DNA of 64,000 nt from Nitrospirales bacterium (GTDB lineage: Bacteria > Nitrospirota > Nitrospiria > Nitrospirales > UBA8639). The position numbers were made by a program, and so were the translations under genes. The notes beneath the pieces are model-generated. The model was not told where the DNA came from. It was given only the letters and a program-made list of their open reading frames with translations, and made no database searches. The DNA lies in the NCBI GenBank assembly GCA_965203295.1, contig CBDBCZ010000015.1, positions 1,088,001-1,152,000 on the forward strand, given 5' to 3'. Shown here one piece after another: positions 1 to 9,400 of the stretch (position 1 is its first letter; each line of letters begins with the position of its first letter).

Positions 1-102
1 CGTACGTACATACTGCATATTGTTTTGCGGTTCAATACAACATTTCAAATAGTTTCCGTAATATTCCAGATTGTTCACGTGGCCACGGTGGCTGCAGTGC
101 AG

Positions 103-800
103 CTAGCTTAGGGATGCTCTCACAGAGTAGACTGCAGCGGCAGAGGCTACAGCGTCAGTATTATTTTGAAGTATGTTCTTCATGAGCTTTAGGCTACTGT
201 TAACGGATTGAAGAGTACCACCCATCAAATGAGCAGAGTTTCTTTGAAACGTGTTCCTTGTGAGGGATAGCATAGAGCTTCTGACATCAAGAGAACCTCT
301 GTAATCAGCGGTATTATTCTAAAATGTGTTTTCTGTTGGTGTAAGTTCGCTGTTGAATGTGTTGTTGTTTGCAGAGTTGTTCCATAAGTATATGCGAGGT
401 TATTCAGAAAATGTTAAGTTTGGGATACTATTTCTAGTATTAAGACTGCCTCCTTCGTTAGCTGTCTCTGTGAGGATGGCAATGCTATTCTGACGTAGAT
501 GGCACCTCCTTCCTTGGCAATGTTGTTCAGAAACGTGTTGTTTGTTACCATAATTCTGCTGCTCTTGTGAGCATATAGAGTACCTCCGTGATAGGCAGAG
601 TTGTTTTGAAACATGTTTTGTGTTAGGCTAACGTCACTATTTCTCACATAAATTGCACCTCCATTTTTCTTTGCTACCAGTTGGTAAAATGTTGATCTGA
701 AAATACAATTTGAAATTCTTGAATAGCCCACTGACAATAATTCTATTGCCACGTTTGGAATGTGATTGTGTCCATAAAGTAGTAGAATCCTGGGCGAAGC
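103..800 (-). pseudogene. Degenerate exon of a polymorphic-membrane-protein-like (GGA[I/L]xx / FxxN repeat, parallel beta-helix) protein
   Basis: ORF 414..752 has NGGAIYV...FQNNSAYHGGTLY...FLNNIAKEGGAIYV. After a frameshift near 490 the repeat continues in another frame (ANEGGSL...ENTF*NNTA...NTFQRNSAHLMGGTL...NILQNNT) with in-frame stops. Boundaries are approximate. Confidence 0.7.
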
Positions 801-887
801 CTAAGATAACTATTTTGTCCCATTTTATGTAAGCATCAAGTGGACAAAGTTATCGTGGCTTCCAATTTTAATTAATCCACCCAAACC

Positions 888-1541
888 TATAGTGGAATCT
901 CTATAGTAAGCATTCACCCTCGGACAATGGCTGTAATACCGTATAGCGGGAAATTTTCGCTGAGGAGAAATTTCGCCAAACCCAGATGCGTAGTATTACC
1001 GGAAAATTTCGGCAGATTTATTTTCGCGCTCATGCAATTGTCTAAAATTAAATTCGATGGCATTATCAATAATTATTCCATTCAACACAGCAGTTTAGCA
1101 GTCTCGAGAAGGTCGAAAAAGTGTCTTGCTGCCGCAGAATCTCCGTTCTCACTAGCGATTTGGACTTCAGTTCATTACTTAGCATCATACGTATAAGGCC
1201 CTCTTTTTGCCTTTGTAGCCTCTTCTTGGTGCCGAGCGTTGGTAACGGCTACGTTTGCTTCCGCAATTGCCGATGATAGCAACGAAGATGACAGTGCCCC
1301 CATTGAGTCAGGGAGCTAAATAACGCAGCAGAGCCATACCGGTAGTCGATGGTGGGCTTAACTTTCGCAGCTGCATGCTACCGTTGACTATGTGTAAAAT
1401 ATTCACCTGTTCAAATTTCACCGGTTAATTTTTCGCACTTGAGCTGACTGGCGAAATTGGCGAAAATTTACGCCGAGTGAAAATTTCCCGCTATACGGTA
1501 TAAGAGGTGGTTGTATCCACGGTATTACGAGGTCCACTGTG
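888..1541. mobile_element. Old degenerate Tc1/mariner-type MITE (CAGTGGAACCTC-like ends), interrupted by the 939-1498 element
   Basis: Left end tatagtggaatctc (888) and right end gaggtccactgtg (~1529-1541) are imperfect inverted repeats flanking the younger element. Confidence 0.4.
939..1498 (-). mobile_element. Non-autonomous pogo/Tc1-mariner-type DNA transposon (internal deletion derivative, 560 bp)
   Basis: TIR CCGTATAGCGGGAAATTTTC at 939 and its exact complement GAAAATTTCCCGCTATACGG ending at 1498, with TA on both sides (937-938, 1499-1500). The minus strand carries a broken transposase-like N-terminus (MALLRYL...LPDSMGALSSSLLSSAIAEANVAV...KRGPY...ASENGDSAAARHF). Confidence 0.85.
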
Positions 1542-1860
1542 CACTACCAACATGTAGGTTGGGCCACATATGGTGGCCATTATAGGGAGGTGGCTGCCAC
1601 AGCGTGACCCTATTACAGACACAGTGAAACATACAATAAAGTACATTTAAGTACGTGCACTCATGTAGTATCTAAACATCTAGATGTACATGTATTAAAC
1701 AGGCAGATAAGTGATCGATATATAACACAGTCAGTCTGACTTTGGAACACAAAAAATTAACTCAGTTCTATAAAAAGGCTCTATAGTTCACTGGCCGTGA
1801 GAGGGTAACTGCTCTAAGGTTATTGGAGTTGATTAATTCCCTCTTTCTACTCTCCACCAG

Positions 1861-1913
1861 ACCACAATGACGCCACACAGAGTGAACTGAAGTGGTATAT
1901 AGCAGCCAGGCAG
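1861..1913 (+). other. Candidate orphan 53-bp exon of an unidentified gene
   Basis: Strong polypyrimidine acceptor (ttccctctttctactctccaccag) and consensus donor (CAG|gtgagt). One open frame reads HNDATQSELKWYIAARQ. No homology recognised. Confidence 0.3.
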
Positions 1914-2391
1914 GTGAGTCAGGAAGGCCTCCAGCTATAATTACCCACCTGCAAACTCTGATCAAACAAGTCTGACATTTCATGTCTAAAAAACCAGCCG
2001 GACGCCTTTCCCCGTACAATACACACAACTCAGCTTAGGCCAAGCTATTAAAATCCAGCACTTGGACAATTGTCATCAACGGTAGTGAGAATGAATTGGT
2101 ACAGTACAAGTTGCTTTTGGTACATGTAGCACTGCCATTTTCATAACATTGCCGCGATTGAGAATACTGCAAACTCTATGGCATGGAAATTCACGTCTGG
2201 GTCAATAGTGTGGCAATACATACATGTACGTCACATTTGTCGATCCACATGTACATACATGTACGTCTGTTAGAGATATGTCAATGATTAGCTATTGTTC
2301 ATGTTGTAGTTGTAACCATGCTCAAAGATGCTTTAGGCCCTTTCCTGTTTTCTTGTACATAGACTTCTGACTCCTGATTTTCCCTTGTCCT

Positions 2392-2436
2392 TGCCACCTG
2401 TTCTTGTGCCACCTGTTCTTGTGCCACCTGTTCTTG
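2392..2436. repeat. 15-bp minisatellite x3 (TGCCACCTGTTCTTG)
   Basis: Three direct copies. They explain the QEQVA repeats in the minus-strand ORF 2299..2484. Confidence 0.9.
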
Positions 2437-2498
2437 GAACATTCTAGAACTCTCCTTTTTTCTATATATATCTCTTTTTGCCACTGTGTAGTAGTTGT

Positions 2499-2667
2499 TC
2501 CCGATCTGGAGACCAATACACTGAAGCAGTCACATGTTTGAGGTCCCACTACGATCGTCCCAGACTCATCCACCAAACTCATGTCAAGAAGATTGTTGAA
2601 ATTGCCCCACCTGAGGGATGGCTCTGGAAGGGAGCTCCGCCATCTACATGATACGGCACAGCACTAG
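2499..2667 (+). mobile_element. Fragment of BEL/Pao LTR-retrotransposon gag (DUF1759-like), frameshifted
   Basis: Translates SRSGDQYTEAVTCLRSHYDRPRLIHQTHVKKIVEIAP, then after a frameshift LRDGSGRELRHLHDTAQH*. This resembles the Y..A...L..RYD.PR......V region of BEL/Pao gag, recognised from memory and not searched. Confidence 0.7.
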
Positions 2668-4587
2668 AACACCATGTTTGAATGGCGAAGGTCCAGCCAA
2701 GAAACTGCAGTATTGCTGACTGTTGTATTTGTGAGATTACGTGAGTTGCAGGAGCATGTGCATGCATATACATATACGTAAATGTAGTTGCCTTTGGCTG
2801 CTGATTGTGAAAGCTGACCATTCTTACCCTCTCCCCGTTCAAGGATGATCTACCTGGGAGAAAATTTCAGTGGCTTTGTTACCGTGCACAACGACAGCCA
2901 GGAGGTGGTGAAGGAAACCATCTTTAAGGTAGGTTGCAGCAGAGCCATGGAGTGAGCATCTGTACAAAATGTCATGTAACAGACAGAACTATGTACGTAT
3001 ATGATCTCTGTCTGGTCTTGCAGTCACCAAGTAATTAAAGCTACATAGTGTCGTGTCGTATTGCCAGTTTTTTTTATGACCATAAAATATCGGTGTGGGA
3101 AGGCTTAGTTGCGACCCTAGCAATATTAGGACAAATTATGCATGTAATGCATAGGTATAGGAGATGGCTGACTCTGTCTGTACTGAAGTTTTGTGTCTGA
3201 AGGCCATACAGATCTGCTCCGTTTATATTCCTTATCAGGACAAGTCACAAATGTCTATCGCTAATTGCTGCTATAGTTACTGCTCACTGCAGCACTTATC
3301 TTGAACTTGGCAGTGTGTATAGTAGTTGCGTCTTCACATTGTACAGGTGGAACTATTGACTCCATCCAGCTGGACCCGGGGGGAGTTGTTAAGAGCGAAT
3401 CATAGCGCATGAAGTAAAGGAACTGGGAGAGCACAGGTAAGAGATATACGTAGCCTTGATTCGAAGCTATAAGGGATACACATAACTGTCTATGTAGGTA
3501 ATGAGAGAGTGTATGTGCATTGAAGGGAATGGGTGGGTGGGAACATCAACATAGAAGTATGTTATGTAGCTTCATATGTGACTTACGTTATTTGGACGTG
3601 GATCTATGTCACATTCACCTGTAAAGGATATCTCCACTGTCCCTCCAGTGTTAGGCACGACCTAAAATGCTTTTTGTTTGTGAAGTCGCATGCAACACGC
3701 CTTTCAAAACCCTCATATAGCGGTTTTTAAAGTACAAATCTCTTGATTTCCTCAATGTTATATATTACTGCAGCCTCATCTGTACTTCCACCTACACTGT
3801 GCACTCCGCAGGAGGAGAACTGTTCCTTCGCAAATTTTTCAAGTTCAATGTAAGCATTTTACTGTAAATAGTAAAGCATTGAGTGTAACTTCGGCATTGA
3901 TTGTAAGCTGTATTCAGTCCATTGCTGACAGTGTGCTAAATTATGGTCTTGTGTCTCTTTCAAATACAGGTTGCTAAACCACTTGATGTAAAGACGAAGT
4001 TTTTTAACATAGAGGTATGTACAGAGGTGTGATAAGAGCATTAGCAAAATGTTTTTCTACGTGTGTAGGGGAATTTATGTCTGTCAGGTAGCTGAAATTC
4101 TATAACCAGCCAGAGCTTGAACAATGGACACAGGGACTGTGCAGAATAGTTACAAAGTACCTGTAGCTGATCACTGATCTGCTTGTTGAGGGTTGTCAGT
4201 AGATCTACATGTACTACTAGACAAGATCAAACACTCTGCTTCATTAACAGACCATCTCAAGAATTGTATAAAGTGCACTAACCCTGTTCCCATAGTAGCT
4301 TGTAGCCCCCACACTGTATTTTCAGAGTACCTGGGAATGAGGCCACGTAATTATGTACGTAGTTGATGGCTTGTGAATAATGAACTGCATAATAAACCAC
4401 GCAGGATGATATTCTTCTTGAAGTTCAGATCCAGAACACCACTACAGGTCCAATGTACTCGGAAGTTGTAAAGTTTGACCCTGCTGCGGGCTTTGAAGCT
4501 GTTAATCTCAACAAGCTTGAAAATAAAGAGGAAGAGTAAGTCCATTTGAAATGTAAAAAACTGATGCTAACAGAGGTATAAGAATAC
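2549..4587 (+). repeat. Segmental duplication (unique-sequence island), copy 1; paralog of 45103-47282
   Basis: Colinear, highly similar sequence from ctacgatcgtcccagactc to gaggtataagaatac in both places (start offset 42554 bp), with scattered substitutions and small indels. Confidence 0.97.
2844..4535 (+). pseudogene. TRAPPC13: TRAPPC13-like (trafficking protein particle complex subunit 13) partial unprocessed pseudogene, copy 1. Exons 2844-2928, 3347-3436, 3774-3849, 3970-4014, 4405-4535.
   Basis: AG/GT-bounded exons translate MIYLGENFSGFVTVHNDSQEVVKETIFK / VELLTPS..[shift]..RIIAHEVKELGEH / SLICTSTYTVHSAGGELFLRKFFKFN / VAKPLDVKTKFFNIE / DDILLEVQIQNTTTGPMYSEVVKFDP. These match TRAPPC13 motifs IFLGETF..VHNDS, HHEVKEIGTH, FRKFFKFQV.KPLDVKTKF and EAQIQN. 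The second exon is 90 bp although the flanking phases need 3n+2, giving TGA at 3410-3412. I see no N- or C-terminal exons. Confidence 0.9.
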
Positions 4588-4679
4588 CAGTATTTGGGTG
4601 CAGGGCTAGGAAGCAGTGTAAAATTTTAATGTTGGAGAGGAGATAAATGTAATGTTTGAGTGTAGAATAATTAGTGTGG

Positions 4680-4717
4680 CAAGAACCATGCATATGTGTA
4701 CATATGCATGGTTCTTG
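4680..4717. repeat. Perfect palindrome (18-bp arms, 2-nt spacer) at the left edge of satellite array 1
   Basis: CAAGAACCATGCATATGT-gt-ACATATGCATGGTTCTTG; the satellite begins about 3 bp later. Confidence 0.9.
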
Positions 4718-5495
4718 TGTGCTACCATTGATATAACCCTTCCGAACTATTTAGAAAATAAGCTGGTTATTCAAAGGCTTGTTTTGTTTGAATGATATTA
4801 GTCAGATACAATACATGCTTAGGAAGTATCAGTGTTCAAGAAAGGAACTGGTTATTCAAAGGCTTGTTTAGTTTGGTTGATGTTAGTCTGAAGATTAGGA
4901 AAGAAGGATTTTATTTAAAATTGTTAGTTTTTTTGTCTCTAGCAAAGACTTTAAGCCAAAGTAACTTGCTACCATTTATCTGACCCTTCCCAACTGTTTA
5001 GAAAAAGAGCTGGTTATTCAAAGGCCTGTTTAGTTTTGTTGATGTTAGCCTGAAAATTAGGAAGGAAGGATTTTATCGAAAATTGTTAGTTTTGTTGGTC
5101 TCTAGCAAAGACTTTCAGCCAAAGTAACTGGCTACCATTGATCTGACCCTTAACAACTGTTTTGGAAAAGAACTGGTTATTCAAAGGCTTGTTTAGTTTG
5201 AATGATGTTAGTCAGATAAAATACACGCTTAGGAAGTATCGATGTTCAAGAAAGGAACTGGTTATTCAAAGGCTTGTTTTGTTTGGTTGATGTTAGTCTG
5301 AAGATTAGGAAAGAAGGATTTTATTGAAAATTGTTAGTTTTTTTGTCTCTAGCAAAGACTTTAAGCCAAAGTAACTTGCTACCATTTATCTGACCCTTCC
5401 CAACTGTTTAGAAAAAGAGCTGGTTATTCAAAGGCCTGTTTAGTTTTGTTGATGTTAGCCTGAAAATTAGGAAGGAAGGATTTTATTGAAAATTG

Positions 5496-6422
5496 CTAGG
5501 AGCAGCTAAAAAGATGCTTGGCTGCTCTTCTAAAACGTGTAATGAAGCAGTAAGGGGGGATATGGGGTTAGAATCTTTGAAAGGCAGGAGGGATAGATGC
5601 AAACTTAAGTGGTGGTATAAAGTCAATAGTTTGAATGCTGAGAGATATCCTAGATTACTACTAGACAGTGAGTGGGAAGTGAAGCCGTGTAGGGGTAGGC
5701 AGAGGAAGACCTGGAGGAAAGTAATTAGTGAATTGTTGTTGCAGTTAAATCTAGACAGTCAGGAAATACTAGCTGAAGATTATAATGTAAACTTGTTTTT
5801 AGAGAGAGTAGATGAAGCATTGAGATGCAGAGAATATAAAGATTTTAATGATGGCTTAAATAGTAAAGTTAAGCTTAGTCTTTACAAGTCTTTTTGTAAG
5901 GAAATAGAATTTAAAAATTACTTGCAGGGGGTTGGGGATCCAGGAACACGATTGTTGTTTAAGTTTAGGTCTGGTACTAATGGTCTGAATGAAGAGTTAG
6001 GAAGGCATCGGGGTAAAAATGATGATAGGCAGTGTAAGTTGTGTGGGGATGAATGTGAGAGTGTGGTACATGTGCTCTGGGAGTGTCCTGCGTATGATAC
6101 TTTTAGAAGTACTTTCATGGAAGACTTAGACAATCTGTTGGGTGGAAGTTTTGAAGAGTTTAGTGCACTCAATAATTTCGAGAGGACGGGCTTTGTTTTA
6201 GGGTGTGAGAATTGGGAAAGATATGATTTTAAGGCTTTATTAAGGCTAGTTAAGAGTTTTATTTTATTAATCTGGGATACTAGGAAGAATAAATTATATG
6301 GTGATCAGGATGGTAATGGTGAGACATCTGGTTGCTCTTGTCCTCTGACTGGAGATCTTTCAAGTTCCGCCTGCGTATGTGGGTGCGTGGTCAATGGCGT
6401 AAGCGCTACGGCAGCAACATGA
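5496..6422 (+). CDS. C-terminal ~308 aa of a LINE ORF2 (post-RT region with CCHC zf-RVT-like zinc knuckle), no genuine start codon
   Basis: Motifs KKMLGCSSKTCNEAVRGDMG, KLKWWYKV and KFRSGTNGLNEELGR...CKLC...ESVVHVLWECPAY. The TTG 'start' at 5493 is satellite sequence. No RT core (YADD) is retained. Confidence 0.8.
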   Translation, partial: LGAAKKMLGCSSKTCNEAVRGDMGLESLKGRRDRCKLKWWYKVNSLNAERYPRLLLDSEWEVKPCRGRQRKTWRKVISELLLQLNLDSQEILAEDYNVNLFLERVDEALRCREYKDFNDGLNSKVKLSLYKSFCKEIEFKNYLQGVGDPGTRLLFKFRSGTNGLNEELGRHRGKNDDRQCKLCGDECESVVHVLWECPAYDTFRSTFMEDLDNLLGGSFEEFSALNNFERTGFVLGCENWERYDFKALLRLVKSFILLIWDTRKNKLYGDQDGNGETSGCSCPLTGDLSSSACVCGCVVNGVSATAAT

Positions 6423-6440
6423 GTATATTTATTTATTTAT
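5496..6440 (+). mobile_element. 5'-truncated non-LTR retrotransposon (LINE; RTE-X-like C-terminus) inserted in a satellite A monomer
   Basis: Interrupts ...attgaaaattg|ttagttttgttgg... It has an uninterrupted ORF to 6422, immediately followed by a (TATT)n tail (6424-6440). No target-site duplication is evident. The clade assignment is tentative. Confidence 0.9.
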
Positions 6441-9400
6441 TTAGTTTTGTTGGTCTCTAGCAAAGACTTTCAGCCAAAGTAACTGGCTACCATTGATCTG
6501 ACCCTTAACAACTGTTTTGGAAAAGAACTGGTTATTCAAAGGCTTGTTTAGTTTGAATGATGTTAGTCAGATACAATACACGCTTAGGAAGTATCGATGT
6601 TCAAGAAAGGAACTGGTTATTCAAAGGCTTGTTTTGTTTGGTTGATGTTAGTCTGAAGATTAGGAAAGAAGGATTTTATTGAAAATTGTTAGTTTTTGTT
6701 GGTCTCTAGCAAAGACTTTGAGCCAAAGTAACTAGCTACCATTGATCTGACCCTTCCCAACTGTTTAGGAAAAGAACTGGTTATTCAAAGGCTTGATTAG
6801 TTTTAATAATGTTAGTCGGATACAATACATGTTTAGGAAGTGTCGATGTTCAAGAAAGGAACTGGTTATTCAAAGGCTTGTTTAGTTTGGTTGATGTTAG
6901 TCTGAAGATTAGGAAAGAAAGATTTTATTGAAAATTGTTAGTTTTGTTGGTCTCAGGCAAAGACTTTCAGCAAAAGTAACTAGCTACCATTGATCTGACC
7001 CTTCGTAACTGTTAAGGAAAATAACTGGTTATTCAAAGACTTGTTTAGTTTGAATGATGTTAGTCTGAAGTTTAGGAAAGAAGGATTTTATTGAAAATTG
7101 TTAGTTTTGTTGGTCTCTAGCAAAGACTTTAAGCCAAAGTAACTAGCTACCATTTATCTGACCCTTCCCAACTGTTTAGAAAAAGAACTGGTTATTCAAA
7201 GGCCTGTTTAGTTTTGTTGATGTTAGCCTAAAGATCAGGAAAGAAGAATTTTATTGAAAATTGTTAGTTTTGTTGGTCTCTAGCAAAAACTTTAAGCCAA
7301 AGTTACTAGCTACCATTGATCTGACCCTTCCCAACTGTTTAGAAAAAGAGCTGGTTATTCAAAGGCTTGTTTTGTTTGAATTATATTAGTCAGATAAAAT
7401 ACATGCTTAGGAAGAATCAATATTCAAGAAAGGAACTGGTTATTCAAAGGCTTGTTTAGTTTGGTTGATGTTAGTCTGAAGATTAGGAAAGAAGGATTTT
7501 ATTTAAAATTGTTTGTTTTGTTGGCCTCAAGCAAAGACTTTCAGCCAAAGTAAACTGGCTACTATTGATCTGACCCTTCCCAACAGTTTAGGAAAACAAC
7601 TGGTTATTCAAAGGCTTGTTTAGTTTGAATTGATGTTAGTCAGATACAATACATGCTTAGGAAGTATCGATGTTCAAGAAAGGAACTGGTTATTCAAAGG
7701 CTTGTTTTGTTTGCTTGATGTTTGTCTGCAGATTAGGAAAGAAGTATTTTATAGAAAATCGTTAGTTTTGTTGGCCTCTAGCAAAGACTTTGAGCCAAAG
7801 TAACTAGCTACCATTGATCTGACCCTTCCCAACTGTTTAGGAAAAGAACCTTTTATTCAAAGGCTTGATTAGTTTTTAATGATGTTAGTCGGATACAATA
7901 CATGTTTAGGAAGTGTCGATGTTCAAGAAAGGAACTGGTTATTGAAAGGCTTGTTTATTTTGGTTGATGTTAGTCTGAAGATTAGGAAAGAAGGATTTTA
8001 TTGAAAATTGTTAGTTTTGTTGGTCTCTAGCAAAGACTTTCAGCCAAAGTAACTGGCTACCATTGATCTGACCCTTCCTAACAGTTTAGGAAAAGAACCT
8101 GTTATTCAAAGGCTTGTTTAGTTTGAATGATGTTAGTCAAATACAATACATGCTTAGGAAGTATCGATGTTCAAGAAAGGAACTGGTTATTCAAAGGCTT
8201 GTTTAGTTTGGTTGATGTTAGTCTGAAGATTAGGGAAAGAAGGATTTTATTGAAAATTGTTAGTTTTGTTCATCTCAGGCAAAGATTTTCAGCCAAAGTA
8301 ACTAGCTACCATTGATCTGACACTTCCCAACTGTTTAGGAAAAGAACCTGTTATTCAAAGGCTTGTTTAGTTGGAATGATGTTAGTCAAATACAATACAT
8401 GCTTAGGAAGTATCGATGTTCAAGAAAGGAACTGGTTATTCAAAGGCTTGTTTAGTTTGGTTTGATGTTAGTCTGAAGATTTGGAAAGAAGGATTTTATG
8501 GAAAATCGATAGTTTTGTTGGTCTCTAGCAAAGACTTTGAACCAAAGTAACTAGCTACCATTGATCTGACCCTTCCTAACTGTTTAGGAAAAGAACTGGT
8601 TATTCAAAGGCTTGTTTAGTTTGAATAATGTTAGTCTGAAGATTAGGAAAGAAGGATTTTATTGAAAATTGTTAGTTTTGTTGGTCTCTAGCAAAAACTT
8701 TAAGCCAAAGTAACTAGCTACTATTTATCTGACCCTTCCCAACTGTTTAGAAAAAGAACTGGTTATTCAAAGTCCTGTTTAGTTTTGTTGATGTTAGCCT
8801 GAAGATTAGGAAAGAAGGATTTTATTGAAAATTGTTAGTTTTGTTTTTCTCTTGCAATGACTTTAATTAAGCCATAGTTACTAGCTACCATTGATCTGAC
8901 CTTTCCGAACTCTTTAGAAAAAGTGCTGGTTATTCAAAGGCTTTTTTTGTTTGTATGATATTAGTCAGATACAATACATGCTTAGGAAGTATCAATATTC
9001 AAGAAAGGAACTGGTTATTCAAAGGCTTTGTTTAGTTTGGTTGATGTTAGTCTGAAGATTAGGAAAGAAGGATTTTATTTAAAATTGTTAGTTTTGTTGG
9101 TCTCATGCAAAGACTTTCAGCCAAAGTAACTGGCTACCATTGATCTGACCCTTCCCAACTGTTTAGGAAAAGAACTGGTTATTCAAAAGGCTTGTTTAGT
9201 TTGAATTATGTTAGTCAGATACAATACACGCTTATGAAGTATCGATGTTCAAAAAAGGAACTGTTTATTCAAAGGCTTGTTTAGTTTGGTTGATGTTAGT
9301 ATGAAGATTAGGAAAGAAGGATTTTATAGAAAATGGTTAGTTTTGTTGGTCTCTAGCAAAGACTTTAAGCCAAAGTAACTAGCTACCATTGATCTGACCC

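Noticed and set aside
927..1196. 89-aa plus-strand ORF
   Set aside because: It runs through the TIR of the DNA transposon. The meaningful remnant is on the opposite strand.
2299..2842. Overlapping minus-strand ORFs (61, 86, 87 aa)
   Set aside because: They have no recognisable domain. They are explained by a 15-bp minisatellite and by the antisense of the gag fragment and intron.
3533..3730. ORFs 3533..3730 and 46224..46421 as a conserved small gene
   Set aside because: They lie in an intron of the TRAPPC13 fragment with a GTG start. Their similarity only reflects the recent duplication.
5918..6172. 84-aa minus-strand ORF
   Set aside because: It is the antisense shadow of the LINE ORF.
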